Notes: generated by a model not told the origin, from the sequence alone. Positions 15,124 to 28,656 are shown, counted from the whole stretch's first letter. The stretch is 62,788 bases of DNA, filler included, from Octopus bimaculoides (GCF_001194135.2; 7 parts of 4 records of this genome joined end to end with filler, not necessarily neighbours in it); one strand, 5' to 3'. Program-made: numbers and translations.

Positions 15124-15478
15124 TACACAAGAGATATTATCATTGCACGAATAGCATTGTAAATTTACTTTTCGTGCTGTTTTTATATTAAGTATAGTAC
15201 ACACATGACTATTTGACTCAGTATATTTCTTGTCCGGAAATCATCATCTAGTTTTTTTTTTTTTAGAGTACACTCATGATTTATCGTTCTCGTTATCAGA
15301 ATTTGTCACTAAATAATTTTGCAGCTAACATGGCTGGATGGTGTCATATGAGAGTATTGTCATTGCAAATAAAACATTGGCTTCGTAACGTTCTCTGGTG
15401 ATAAATTATAAACCTTGAGCCCGATATTCAATAGTATATTACCGGCACTTTTTATTCATCACCTCAATGTATAATAAC

Positions 15479-15536
<58 letters not shown>

Positions 15537-16532
15537 GCAATAATAATTAAACCAAGATCGCTAATCAACTTAAGCAATGGTGCAGGAATGAAATTATCTT
15601 CACCGTTAAACTTTTACTAAGAAGAAGCGAAATAAATTACATTTGGAATTATAAATCTTACAGATTGATTTTAATCAGCCTCTCTCTCTCTCTCTCTTCC
15701 TCTTTGGGTGTGTGGGTANNNNNNNNNNNNNNNNNNNNNNNNNNNNNNNNNNNNNNNNNNNNNNNNNNNNNNNNNNNNNNNNNNNNNNNNNNNNNNNNNN
15801 NNNNNNNNNNNNNNNNNNNNNNNNNNNNNNNNNNNNNNNNNNNNNNNNNNNNNNNNNNNNNNNNNNNNNNNNNNNNNNNNNNNNNNNNNNNNNNNNNNNN
15901 NNNNNNNNNNNNNNNNNNNNNNNNNNNNNNNNNNNNNNNNNNNNNNNNNNNNNNNNNNNNNNNNNNNNNNNNNNNNNNNNNNNNNNNNNNNNNNNNNNNN
16001 NNNNNNNNNNNNNNNNNNNNNNNNNNNNNNNNNNNNNATATATATATATATATATATATATATACACTACAAGCTGAACATTATCATATTTCTCTCACAA
16101 ATTCCCATAGCACATAGTAATATTATTTCATTATTTCCATAACATCAGTCTTAATTTCCTTTTAATTTTTCCAAAGAGAATTTTTCCAGTGTGCTTCACG
16201 ACTGCTGTTTAGATATAGATTATCGTATTATCATTGAGACTGAACATCGAGAAATGTGTCTTGTATTTGATCTTACAATAAGTCATCCCTCGAGATGGTA
16301 AATGGTACCATTTTTTATTACATAGTTACAGACACTTTTGAAATTATCACCCATTTGTATAAATTACTGAATGTTGTGTGACTGAATGTTGTGTGTCTCA
16401 ACGTTGTCTCTGTCAAATTTTTATTTATTACTATATCTAGACTCAGATACTAGATTCCGATGCCAGATTTCTGTCTAAATCTATTAGTTTCTTATTTACC
16501 TTATTCAGTAAGGAAATTGGAATTAGACATTG

Positions 16533-16722
16533 GGCGTAGAAGTGGGTGTATGGTAAGAAGTATGCTTCCCAACCAAATGGTTCTGGATTCAGTGCCGCTG
16601 CATTACAACGTGGACAAGTGTCTTCTACTATAGCCTCGGGTCAAACAAAGACTTGTGAGTGGAGATTTAGTAGATGGAAACTGAAAGAAGCCCGTCGTAT
16701 ATATATATATATATATATGTAT
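16533..16722 (+). mobile_element. SINE family A, 5' half
   Basis: Aligns with 19744-19920. Confidence 0.8.
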
Positions 16723-16726
16723 ATGC

Positions 16727-16852
16727 ACGAGGGGTGTATGAAAGGTTTTGAGCCTTCAGCGCCTTTGAGCCTGGAAGTCTCGTACCTTCATCAGAAGTCT
16801 TGTACCATGTTTTGTTTTTTATGAGGCTCAAGACTTTTCGTACACTCCTCGT
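16727..16852. mobile_element. Tc1/mariner-type MITE in the TA tract of the SINE
   Basis: ~29-bp imperfect TIRs ACGAGGGGTGTATGAAAGGTTTTGAGCCT / AGGCTCAAGACTTTTCGTACACTCCTCGT; TA on the right flank (left flank reads GC). Confidence 0.7.
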
Positions 16853-16860
16853 ATATATAT

Positions 16861-16960
16861 NNNNNNNNNNNNNNNNNNNNNNNNNNNNNNNNNNNNNNNN
16901 NNNNTTAATTAATTAANNNNNNNNNNNNNNNNNNNNNNNNNNNNNNNNNNNNNNNNNNNN
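16861..16960. other. Artificial scaffold-join spacer N44-TTAATTAATTAA-N44
   Basis: Exactly 100 nt; palindromic 12-mer with stops in all six frames; identical at six sites. Confidence 0.95.
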
Positions 16961-17789
16961 TTTTTACATTACATTGTGCGTTTTTCTATATTATTTTCTC
17001 TAAATGTTTCTCTCTCTGTATTTATTGCTGTGACTGATATTTCTTTCAGAGAGGTTTGCAAAAAATGCGCAGAATCCAAACAATTATTTATAGCATACAC
17101 AGACTCTCTGTCTTCAACTTCTTTCTTATTTCGAGTGTATTTGCTTTAAGTAAATATTTTTCCCGTGGTCAATCATTTGCGGTGAATGAGGACATTTTGA
17201 GCTTCACCACCCAGACATATCGGGTAGAGGTATCGGTCAATTTTTTTTTTTTAAATTTCATTGGTAGAAATAGAGTTGATTGCAAACTCGTTAGTGTCTG
17301 ACAAATGCTTTCCTGTAATCCTCTACCAGATCATTAGGTTCTGAGTTCAAAACTTATCAAGGTAATTTTAGGCGGGGGAGGGAGGGCTCGATGAAATACC
17401 AGTAAAGTGCTAGTGTATATGGAATCGATTATTTTCGTTTCCTTAAAACTGCTGGCCTTGGAGTCTAAATCGGAAACCATTATTATATCGTTACAGAGAT
17501 CAAGATTAGTTATAGTATCTATTTACAAACATATTCCGATTTCAAATTCCGCTTCGGTCAGCGTTATCTATAATCATTCCTTGGCCGATAAAATTAGGTT
17601 TCAATCAAGTTCTTGGATTAATTTAGTCGACAATACTCTACCATCCAAAATGGGGGTATTTGACTCCATTTAGAAATAATTCTTTAAAATATTCATATTA
17701 TTTTCTGGAACGTTTATGTATCTGCATATATACATGCATATCAGTCTATTTATCTATCTAAATCTGTATGTGCATATGTTTTAATAAAC

Positions 17790-18003
17790 CTTTCTACATA
17801 AGGCACAAGGCCTGAAGTTTAAGGGAGTGGGGAGGCTGGTCGATCATATCAACTATAGTGCTCGACTGGTATTTATTTTTATCGACTCTAAAAATATGAA
17901 GGGCAAAGTCGATCTAGGAGGAATTCGAAGTCAGAACGTAAAGACGGACAAAATATCGCTAAATATTTTGTCCGGTGGGCTAACGATTCTGCTAGCTCGC
18001 TGC
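17790..18003 (-). mobile_element. SINE family B, diverged
   Basis: AAGGCACAAGGCCTGAA...GGCAAAGTCGA...AACGATTCTGCTAGCTCGCTG as in 5297-5504. Confidence 0.8.
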
Positions 18004-19116
18004 TTTGTGTATACGCTTAAATGATAAAGCCTACTGGTATCACCTTTCGTTCGGGGACCTAACAGCAGTTTAAGAAATTCCAAGATGAGAATTAACGTAC
18101 ATGGCAGTCAAGAATAAGACACAACAGAATTCATATCCTATCTTCAGTGACACGAATTACTAATTGTAAGTATATTTACAAAATCGGTTATGCATATATG
18201 AATATAGTTTTATCATAAATATACATTTAAAGACATAAATAAATGTAAATTTGTTTTTATTTCAAAGGAATTTTAAACATACCAGGGTCAAATTGATTAG
18301 TTTGGACTGAGACTTGAAGTTTTGCATAACTTTTAGCAACATATGCAATCTTAACGAAAACCAATTATAAAATAATTATTGTCATACATATTACATTGAT
18401 GTATATATGTGCAGGCACTCTCTGAATCTCTCTATATTACTTCATTTATAAACGCATTAGCATTATTTAAATCATTTTCTGTTTTTCTTTTTTTTTTTTT
18501 TAGACCGATAGACTTGTTTCTATGAATGAAATGTAAGTTCTCGAGCCAATGAATGAGGTTCAACTCGGTTGCTTGACTGATTCAGAAAAGCCAACAAATT
18601 TTCCTCAGATTAAAACCATAGCATCTTAAAATAAGTCCAAGACACATTGAATAATGTAGTCCTCAATAACCATAATAGGACGGCTAGTTACGCAATTGGT
18701 TATAGATTTGCATACTCTGTGTAGAATATGGGGTCAAACAACAACTCTTAAGTCCAACAAAAAAGAGGTAAGAAAGCAATCCAGGTTAAATTCATCATGG
18801 TAACCTTATTAATTCACTTAGGCGACAGGTTGATAAACACATGAAACCCCTATTATCCTCTTTCTTCAATGCTGCTATAGGTGAAAAGTATTGCATCTAC
18901 ATACTTAGATATTGAGCAGGTTGTATCGATTGGTGTTGTAAGCATGGCGGTAACATATGATTTTATGGTGATCGCCTTGCACTCATCGAAGTAATATTTC
19001 GATCTCAAGGAATCACGAATTTTTTTTCCCTTTTGCAAAAAGTTAACAAGTTATATGAATACCCTTTAATTGTATTTGTTTCTGTGGTAAATCATATATA
19101 TATATATATATATATA

Positions 19117-19216
19117 NNNNNNNNNNNNNNNNNNNNNNNNNNNNNNNNNNNNNNNNNNNNTTAATTAATTAANNNNNNNNNNNNNNNNNNNNNNNNNNNN
19201 NNNNNNNNNNNNNNNN
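19117..19216. other. Artificial scaffold-join spacer
   Basis: N44-TTAATTAATTAA-N44. Confidence 0.95.
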
Positions 19217-19252
19217 GCCTATGTGTGTATGTGTGGGTTAGAAAGCATAAAC

Positions 19253-19284
<32 letters not shown>

Positions 19285-19743
19285 ATACATATGTATATGT
19301 ATGTATATATGTATGTATGTATGTATATATGTATGTATGATTGTATGTATATATGGATGTATGTATGCATGTATGTATGTATGTATGTGCATGTCTCTAA
19401 TACCTTTCTAATGTAAGGCGCCCATTTCTCCTTACCATTCATCACTTTTGGGTGTATATATTTGTTTCGAGAAAATCTATTCAAAAGGAACAAAATTCGA
19501 CGACTGAGTAAACATGAAGAATCTTTACATTGTGTCCAAATTGAATCAAATATTGAACTATATCTTTCACATATATTTAGCACGTTAGATAGTGACCATA
19601 ATGTCTATAAATGTTTATTCACAAACGTAAATATAAATAATGGATAAGTACTAGCGGTAGCGGAAGAAATTCCACGGTTATTTTGAAAATTATGAGTCTT
19701 GGAAGTTTATAGAGCCATAAAATACTTCGTTTCTTTTGAAATA

Positions 19744-20155
19744 GGCGTAGGAGTGGCTGTGTGGTAAGTAGCTTGCTTACCAACTACATGGTTCCGGGTT
19801 CAGTCTCACTGAGTGACACCTTTGGCAACTGTCTTCTACTATAGCCTCGGGCCGACCAAAACCTTGTGAGTGGATTTGGTAGATGGAAACTGAAAGAAGC
19901 CCGTCGTATATATGTATATATATGTACGTGTGTGTATGTTTGTGTGTCTGTGTTTGTCCCCCACCCCCAACATCGCTTGGCAACCGATGCTGGTGTGTTT
20001 ACGTCCCCGTAACTTTGCGGTTCGGCAAAAGTGATCGATAAAATAAGTACTAGGCTTACAAAGAATAAGTCCTGGGGTCGATTTGCTCGACTATAGGCGG
20101 TGCTCCAGCATGGCTGCAGTCAAATGGCTGAAACAAATAAAAGAGTAAAAGAGTA
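19744..20155 (+). mobile_element. tRNA-derived SINE family A, full length
   Basis: A box TGGCTGTGTGG (19754), B-box-like GGTTCAGTC (19797), internal TA/TG tract, tail GGCGGTGCTCCAGCATGG..AAAAGAGT; more than 10 homologues in the window. Confidence 0.9.
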
Positions 20156-21184
20156 AATAAAAAATTTTTTTTGAACCGTTTCCTTTTTGAGAGGTGCGAA
20201 ATCCGAACAGGTATTACTAAAGTCGCGGATAACACCGAATTTCATTTTTATTCCGATAGCACTTGTTTCTCTGATACTAAACAATCGTTTTTATTCTCGC
20301 ATACATCTGTCAGATATAAATGTTTTTTAAACACGAGACGCATTCGTTGTTGTTAACTGTTAAAAGGGAATCATCTAAGCAGGCATTCCTGACTAAAATA
20401 TTCTACCTGCCTTATGGTCAAACCGGCCAGATTTGGCATTTCACACTTAACCTACAATGTCATTCTAAAAATAAACCATCCCGTCATTGAAATCTCAAAC
20501 CTCCAAGACAATGCATCATTAATTCAAAACAATATAAATAAATAGGCATTACATTTGACAGAATAATCCAATTAAGATGGTTGCCTTAAATTCGATAGTT
20601 TGGAATTTACATTATAGACTAATACAGGAGTACAGAGCATGCGTATTTAATTTTTATTCTACACATTATAGTTCTTGAAGTTTTTAGTCGTTGGTAGCCA
20701 TGTATAGCGATATTTCATCGTTTCTTGGAACCCTCTGCGTGCATGACTTAAGACAAATAAATTAAGTTAAATTCGGAATTCTTTGAAGTTCGACATTCCT
20801 TATAGAGAGAAAATAGTTCACGCTATACCGATTTTACTTTTCCTCCTCGTAATATTTTCCAGCATCTACTAGTTCGTGCTCTTCTCTTTGTTTTTCCTGT
20901 GTGACTACTGTAGAAATTATTTATAATATATATAGAAAAGCTACAGTGGTAAGAAGCTTGCTTCTCAACGAGATGGTTCCGGGTTCAGGCACTGAAATAG
21001 CGACCAAGTTCTTTCAATTTTTATCCTGCCAACTTTAAAGGATATATTCAAAAATGTAGTCCTATATACACAAGAATTCGAGAAAAACATGGTTGAGACG
21101 CCTTTGATTCTAGGCCTCCTAGATAAGGTTAAATACGACAAAGACAGACAATAGTGACAATTATTTAAAACATCACAACACATC

Positions 21185-21490
21185 CATTCAAAAAGTCACC
21201 AGCATCAACAAAGCTACTTAAATGAACTGCAAGGCATTTTTGAAACTTTGGAATATAATTAAAATTCGCAAGATGCAGGTAACATGCGTGTAGAAAAACG
21301 AATATAACATGAGCAATTCTGGAGAAGGCATCAGCATATGAAAATAACCCAAGTTATTGCGGTCATATTCTTACTGAGAAACACCATATAATCCGCTAAA
21401 TTTGTAGAAATCGAAACTGAAAATGAAAGTAAAGAACAAAGTAAAGCGCATAGGGAAAAAAGAATAATAGCCACTTGGAGACTTAAATCC
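21185..21490 (+). pseudogene. Decayed Penelope-like element GIY-YIG endonuclease C-terminal region
   Basis: Frameshifted translation LWNIIK...LEKASAYENNPSYCGHILTEKHHII...NESKEQSKAHREK resembles the PLE pattern IWxLK..ILxKAxxY...CxLCLxEKxxI...LNxRxExxSKCxH; matched by eye. Confidence 0.5.
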
Positions 21491-22344
21491 TTCGCATGAA
21501 CTATAGAGTACACCTTCCAGTTTCATGCAATATCAAAAAATGGCAATTTGCATTATAAGGCATGAGAACACTTAAGGATGTCGGGCGACATTTTCCATCC
21601 ACTGATTAGTAGAGACATCAAAACAAAGCTAGTTGCGCGAAAACTTTCGGTATTGATTTTTAATCCTCGTCATAAATATACACACAGACATCAACACTCA
21701 CATATGTACACATACATGTATGAGTGTTCATGTGAAAATATATATGAATATTTATTTCTATATATGTATATCTTTTTCTCTCTCTCTTTCTCACTCTCTC
21801 TCTCTCTCTCTCTCTCTCTCACATATATATGTATATATATATATGTATATATATACGTATATATATGTATATATATGTATATATATGTATATATATATAT
21901 GTATNNNNNNNNNNNNNNNNNNNNNNNNNNNNNNNNNNNNNNNNNNNNNNNNNNNNNNNNNNNNNNNNNNNNNNNNNNNNNNNNNNNNNNNNNNNNNNNN
22001 NNNNNNNNNNNNNNNNNNNNNNNNNNNNNNNNNNNNNNNNNNNNNNNNNNNNNNNNNNNNNNNNNNNNNTACTTGATGTGGTTTTAGAGTCAAGTTTTGA
22101 CTGCTAGCTTCAGCATGGTGGTATCTTTTAGATGCCATTAATTATAATTTTAATAATAATAATTACCTTTTGAGGTTTCTATTCCCATGCTGGCCACTTG
22201 ATATGATCGGTATTTTAAATAACGATTTTATCCTTATTTATATAACTTTATATGTATATATGTGTGTGTGTGTATGTCATGTTTTTGTTCCCAACTTTGA
22301 CCGCCTCCCCCATAAATCCTAAATTTTATTTTAGAATTCATGGG

Positions 22345-22545
22345 AGCAAATGATATCGTCATTGAATGCTCGAAATGAGGAGTAGATAGACAGCCGACAA
22401 CTGATGAAGGTTCCTTTCTTTATGTTTGTCCTGTTTTCCATTCTTTCCCGTTGTTTACGTATTTAACTCGTTGGTTTACGCATTTCATGTTATTTGCACC
22501 ATTGGGGACGTCCTGTACCTATATATGCATGTATATATACAGCTT
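22345..22545 (+). mobile_element. Repeat family E, old copy with degenerate permuted hammerhead
   Basis: TCAT(22359)..CTCGAAATGA..CAACTGATGAAGG then GACGTCCTGTACC..ATATGCAT shared with 26.7, 39.5 and 46.9 kb. Confidence 0.65.
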
Positions 22546-22720
22546 AATTTAATTCATCCTTACTCAAAAGACACCTGTTGTTATGTCCTGTTATTATTTT
22601 TATTGTATTTGTGTAACATTGTCCGTTTTTTCCGTCCTTGTTTTTGCATACATTCACTGCCTCCTTCCAAGGAATCTAATGCTCTTAGCTTAGTTTTTCT
22701 TTGGGGCTGGCCAGATTGGA

Positions 22721-22795
22721 GCAATCTCGAGTATTATCAGCTGAAATTGTGAAGATAATCTGGTACTCGACTGAGGAAAGAAAACTTCGAATGAC
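22721..22795 (+). ncRNA. Degenerate type III hammerhead ribozyme
   Basis: AUC triplet 22724-26; stem I TCGAGTA (22727-33)/TACTCGA (22764-70); CTGAGGA 22771-77; AAG-AAAA-CTT hairpin; GAA 22789-91; A15.1 and stem III damaged. Confidence 0.5.
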
Positions 22796-22938
22796 CTGTC
22801 CTTGTTTTCTTTGTATCGTCTATCTGGATGTTTTGTTGTTCCATTTTTGTATCACCTAACTGTTTGGATGTTTTGCGTTCTTGTCCCATTTTGTATTTTA
22901 TATATATACATGTATATATATATATATATGTGTGTGTA

Positions 22939-23028
<90 letters not shown>

Positions 23029-23031
<3 letters not shown>

Positions 23032-23210
23032 ACTACATAAGTGGAAATCTCTGGATGTGTTTGTTTGTGCCGTTGTTATCTAACTCCTCCTACATCGTTT
23101 TATCGATTTTGATGAAATGTGACATGTGAGTAGGACTCGTGTCTGGAAAACTAGTGACATACTTAGATTGTTGAAAAAATCGATAATCGGGCCTCAGGAA
23201 GGGATTCTTA
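23029..23210 (+). mobile_element. Non-autonomous Helitron 5' end fragment
   Basis: A|TC start, GTGTTTGTTTG tract and ATCGATTTTGATGAAAT motif typical of DINE-1-like elements. Confidence 0.45.
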
Positions 23211-25720
23211 TATCTACTACATATAACTAATATACTATTCTTAAACATCCAAGGGAAATGACCCATTCGCTCCTGAAAGGGATCCTTATATATAACCAAG
23301 GGAAATAACCCGTTCATATCTGTAAATTATTTTGTATAAATCAAATTGAGTATGCTTATTTTCGCAATTTATCCAGTACAACGCTTAAACAAGTAAATAG
23401 CATTTTCCAAAACAAAAGATACGCCCATTTCGGTTAGTGATTTATCCATGAATATACCAACACTAGCACCCCTGAGGTTAATATTCTCTGGGAAAGCAAA
23501 AACGCCCTTTTCAGAGTTATTTACTTTGAATTGTTATTATCTCGTATCTGATTAGCCTGTTATTACGTAACATGCTTCACGATTTTAGTATACATACCTG
23601 TTTAGTATTTCCGCATCAACAGAACCCTAAGTCGTCGTAACCGTCGGAGGGCCAGTTACGTATTGTGCATGTATGTATTTATTTTTCCTCTTTTTAAATT
23701 GAAGTTTATCTTCTCAAGCCTCCGCTCAGTAGCAAAGTTGTGAAAGAAACATGTTGCTTTCTTTATCCTCTTCTAAATCTTAAGAAGACCATGCAGATTT
23801 TTATTGTTTCAGATAATTTGCAACGTCTGTGATCACATCTAGCGCATGAATTAAGGAATTACATTGTCTCCCTTAGGAACACAAGTTCACCCATATACAG
23901 CTCCAGGCACATTGCTACGTATTATGTTGCTTCAAGAACAATATGCAAAAAAACTGTTACTTTAGCACTAGGTTCGCAAACCTTTTATCAACTGTCTACG
24001 GTCCACAAACATTTTCTTTCTCCGAGACTTTTTGGACCCCATTGGTGTCCAGAAGGCCGCTGCTTTCCACAACAGAAGATATTTTTGGTATGTATGTATG
24101 TATGTATGTATGTATGTATGTATGTATATATGTATGTATGTATGTATATGTATGCAACTATGCATACATATGTATGTGTATGTAGTATTTCAATCAGGGA
24201 GTAAATTGATGATGAGAAATAAGTAAGAAATACTTTAATCTCGAAACCCGTCTGTGGCTAATCGGAGTCGTGTAGATTCATTATTTTTCTTTTTGCCTAC
24301 GTAAAAAAGTGTGTTTCTATCAAGAAAATTCTTACTGTAGAAGAATTGGAATTTTTAACTCCTATTTCTTAATTCGGTAAGTCGCGAAGCAATTAGCTGA
24401 CCCGTAATTATAATTATGTTTATAATTATAGAATATTTATGTATGTGTATGTATACATAAATATATACATATATATACACACACACATATAAGTAAATAT
24501 ATGTGTGAGAGTGTGTGTCTGTGTGTGTGTTTGTTTGGGAATTTCACTGAGTGTGTGGGGTTGTGAGTGTGGGTATTTTGTGTGTGTGAGGTGGGGTGCT
24601 GGGTGCATAATTTACTATAAAATAGTTTATAATTCCGTAAAAATGGTAGGATTAACAAACAAAAAACTCCGTCCATTGAGAGATAAATATCATTTAACGT
24701 ATACTGTAATTGAATAATATCCACTAATAGTTTTTGTTATGAAGAAAAGTGGTTAGGCTGGTTTTCATATCATACCTTGTGTATATGGATATATATGGTG
24801 GTGCTCCATCATGGCCGCAACCGCCTGGCTGAAACAAGTAAAAGAATATTTATATATATACATATATATATATGTATATATATTTATGTGTGCGTGTGTG
24901 TGAGTGTATATATATATATATATATATATATATNNNNNNNNNNNNNNNNNNNNNNNNNNNNNNNNNNNNNNNNNNNNNNNNNNNNNNNNNNNNNNNNNNN
25001 NNNNNNNNNNNNNNNNNNNNNNNNNNNNNNNNNNNNNNNNNNNNNNNNNNNNNNNNNNNNNNNNNNNNNNNNNNNNNNNNNNNNNNNNNNNNNNNNNNNN
25101 NNNNNNNNNNNNNNNNNNNNNNNNNNNNNNNNNNNNNNNNNNNNNNNNNNNNNNNNNNNNNNNNNNNNNNNNNNNNNNNNNNNNNNNNNNNNNNNNNNNN
25201 NNNNNNNNNNNNNNNNNNNNNNNNNNNNNNNNNNNNNNNNNNNNNNNNNNNNNNNNNNNNNNNNNNNNNNNNNNNNNNNNNNNNNNNNNNNNNNNNNNNN
25301 NNNNNNNNNNNNNNNNNNNNNNNNNNNNNNNNNNNNNNNNNNNNNNNNNNNNNNNNNNNNNNNNNNNNNNNNNNNNNNNNNNNNNNNNNNNNNNNNNNNN
25401 NNNNNNNNNNNNNNNNNNNNNNNNNNNNNNNNNNNNNNNNNNNNNNNNNNNNNNNNNNNNNNNNNNNNNNNNNNNNNNNNNNNNNNNNNNNNNNNNNNNN
25501 NNNNNNNNNNNNNNNNNNNNNNNNNNNNNNNNNNNNNNNNNNNNNNNNNNNNNNNNNNNNNNNNNNNNNNNNNNNNNNNNNNNNNNNNNNNNNNNNNNNN
25601 NNNNNNTATATTTTCAAACATTATCTTTATACAAATATATGCATATACATACACACATACGTATGTTTATACATATATATATGTATACATGCATATATAT
25701 ATATATATATATATATATAC

Positions 25721-25845
25721 AGGAGTATGGTTCCGAGTTCAGTCCCACTGCGTGCCACCTTGAGCAAGTGCTTTCTCCTATAGAAGGGCCGACCAAAGCC
25801 TTGCGAGTGGATTTAGTAGACGGAAACTGAAAAAAGCCCGTCTTA

Positions 25846-25881
<36 letters not shown>

Positions 25882-26056
25882 TGTGTGTCTCTGTTTGTCC
25901 CCACCAACATCGCTTGACAACCCATCTTGGTGTGTTTACGTCCCAGTAACTTAGACCGATAGAATAAGTAGTAGGCTTACAAAGAATAAGTCCTGAGGTC
26001 GATTTGCTCGACTAAAGGCGGTGCTCCAGCATGGCCGCAGTCAAATGACTGAAAAA
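25721..26056 (+). mobile_element. SINE family A, 5'-truncated
   Basis: Aligns to 19788-20130. Confidence 0.85.
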
Positions 26057-26108
26057 ATATATATATACATATACATTTATATTTATAGATATACATACAT
26101 GCATTTAC

Positions 26109-26208
26109 NNNNNNNNNNNNNNNNNNNNNNNNNNNNNNNNNNNNNNNNNNNNTTAATTAATTAANNNNNNNNNNNNNNNNNNNNNNNNNNNNNNNNNNNN
26201 NNNNNNNN
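26109..26208. other. Artificial scaffold-join spacer
   Basis: N44-TTAATTAATTAA-N44. Confidence 0.95.
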
Positions 26209-26302
<94 letters not shown>

Positions 26303-26619
26303 TACAGAGAGGGAGAGAGGGACAGAGAGAAAGAGAGAGAAAGAAAGAGAAAGAAAGAGAGAAATACATACATACATAGATACATACATACATATATACA
26401 TACACATCAGAGTTTGACAAAACAGAATTGCTTCAAAAGTGACCGCGAGAGCAACAGCTCGCGTATCACGATATTGTTGCGACTTCTCAACGTCATGTAC
26501 TCGCGTCACTTCTGAAGCAAAATCGGATTACCAAGTCTGATGCATATAAGAATAGTGTTTAAACTATACACTAGTATGCAAAGGTGCCGCATAAGCAAAA
26601 TAGAATTTGAGTTATACAA

Positions 26620-26871
26620 TAGATGCATATATATATATATAAACAAATGGTAAATGAGTATATGCATATATACGTACAGGTATGTGCATACCTACATCCA
26701 CCTGTATGTATAGGTGCATATCTGGGTACAGGACATTGCAAACAAAACGTAGACAAGAAAATAATAATAATCAGAGTACAGAAAACACAGAAGCCACATA
26801 GAGAACATAGAGAACACTTCATCAGCTACCCCCGTTTTAACATCGGCGTTTCGAAGAGCTGGGTAGGACGC
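26620..26871 (-). mobile_element. Repeat family E copy
   Basis: Reverse complement aligns with 39370-39610. Confidence 0.8.
26817..26871 (-). ncRNA. Candidate non-circularly permuted hammerhead ribozyme (GUC site)
   Basis: GCGT-C-CTACCC-agct-CTTC-GAA-ACGC-cgatgttaaaacgg-GGGTAG-CTGATGA-A-G; stem I 6 bp, stem III 4 bp, stem II only 1 bp. Confidence 0.6.
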
Positions 26872-27143
26872 ATAATACACACATACACACATACACACAC
26901 ACTTATACATATACACATGTATACCCACACATACAAAGAAAGAGAGAAGTGAAGAAAGAAAAGGAATATTGAAGAAGTGGAAAGAGAGGGAGCGAAAGAA
27001 CAACAATGAGGAGGGAAGAAAAAGAGAAAAGGGATAAAAATACGTGCCAAGGGTGAGATACAAAGTGCAAAAATAGAGACGGATCGTATTAAAAACGTGA
27101 ATGCCAAACTACATACACATTCATATATATATAACTATATCTA

Positions 27144-27178
<35 letters not shown>

Positions 27179-28419
27179 ATATANNNNNNNNNNNNNNNNN
27201 NNNNNNNNNNNNNNNNNNNNNNNNNNNNNNNNNNNNNNNNNNNNNNNNNNNNNNNNNNNNNNNNNNNNNNNNNNNNNNNNNNNNNNNNNNNNNNNNNNNN
27301 NNNNNNNNNNNNNNNNNNNNNNNNNNNNNNNNNNNNNNNNNNNNNNNNNNNNNNNNNNNNNNNNNNNNNNNNNNNNNNNNNNNNNNNNNNNNNNNNNNNN
27401 NNNNNNNNNNNNNNNNNNNNNNNNNNNNNNNNNNNNNNNNNNNNNNNNNNNNNNNNNNNNNNNNNNNNNNNNNNNNNNNNNNNNNNNNNNNNNNNNNNNN
27501 NNNNNNNNNNNNNNNNNNNNNNNNNNNNNNNNNNNNNNNNNNNNNNNNNNNNNNNNNNNNNNNNNNNNNNNNNNNNNATATATATATATATATAATAGAT
27601 GCATAGACAAACACGCAAACGCACGCGCACACACACGCAGATATCTATTTTAGGGAGTGGCTGTATTGTCAGAGAGAGTACGTATGCATTGTAACTGGGA
27701 TGTTCATTTAATTATATGAAGAATATTTCCATAACTGCTTCTCTGTATTTTCTATTCTGGCAGACGTTCACACAACGCACAGTATAAAGCATACGCTCAT
27801 ACACACGCGCGCACGCATACATCCACTTACAACGCAGTACACAGCACATACATCGCACATTCCTGTGAAAATACTCCAATAGTGATTCCTGAAAACGGGA
27901 GTGGGTGTGGTCAAGGAAAATAAAGGAACTACAATATAAGAAAGGGTGAGTGAGTGAGTGAGTGAGTGAGTGAGTGAGTGAATGGGTGAGTGAGAGAGAG
28001 AGAGAGAGTGAGAGAGAGCGAGAAGGAAGCGGAGACAGCGAAACACGGAGGCAAGCAGAGGGTGTATGAATGAACAAAACAGATTGAAAGTAAGAATCAG
28101 ACAAATTAATAATGGAATAAAGTTGTTGTTGCTGTTGTTGATGTTGTTGTTGCTGTTGTTGTTGATGATGATGCTGACGGCGATGATGCCGACGACGACG
28201 AAGACGACAATAATAATGATGTCGACGACGATGACGATGGTGATGATGATAACAATGACGATGATGATGATGTTGTTGTTTAGCCCTAATATATCACCCA
28301 ATAGATCTAAGATTAAAAGAATTCTCAGTCCTGGCTCCAGTGTATTTTCTGCAGGCAGAATTCAAAGTTAGGCTTAAGGTCAGTAATTTCGAAAGACAAA
28401 GACAAATGTCACTTGACCG

Positions 28420-28520
28420 GTAGACTGCATTACCTACTACCGAAGGGATGAAAGGCAAAGTTGACCTCGATAGAATTTGAACTCAGAACTTAAAGAGTCT
28501 GAACAAATGCTGTCAAGAAA
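28420..28520 (-). mobile_element. SINE family B fragment
   Basis: GGATGAAAGGCAAAGTTGACC..AATTTGAACTCAGAAC. Confidence 0.7.
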
Positions 28521-28556
28521 TTGCAGTACAATGGTTCTCAATCTTTTCAGTACTAT

Positions 28557-28656
28557 NNNNNNNNNNNNNNNNNNNNNNNNNNNNNNNNNNNNNNNNNNNN
28601 TTAATTAATTAANNNNNNNNNNNNNNNNNNNNNNNNNNNNNNNNNNNNNNNNNNNN
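28557..28656. other. Artificial scaffold-join spacer
   Basis: N44-TTAATTAATTAA-N44. Confidence 0.95.

Noticed and set aside
16780-16800. CTGATGAAGG inside the mariner MITE (minus strand)
   Set aside because: No GAAA or NUH strand nearby.
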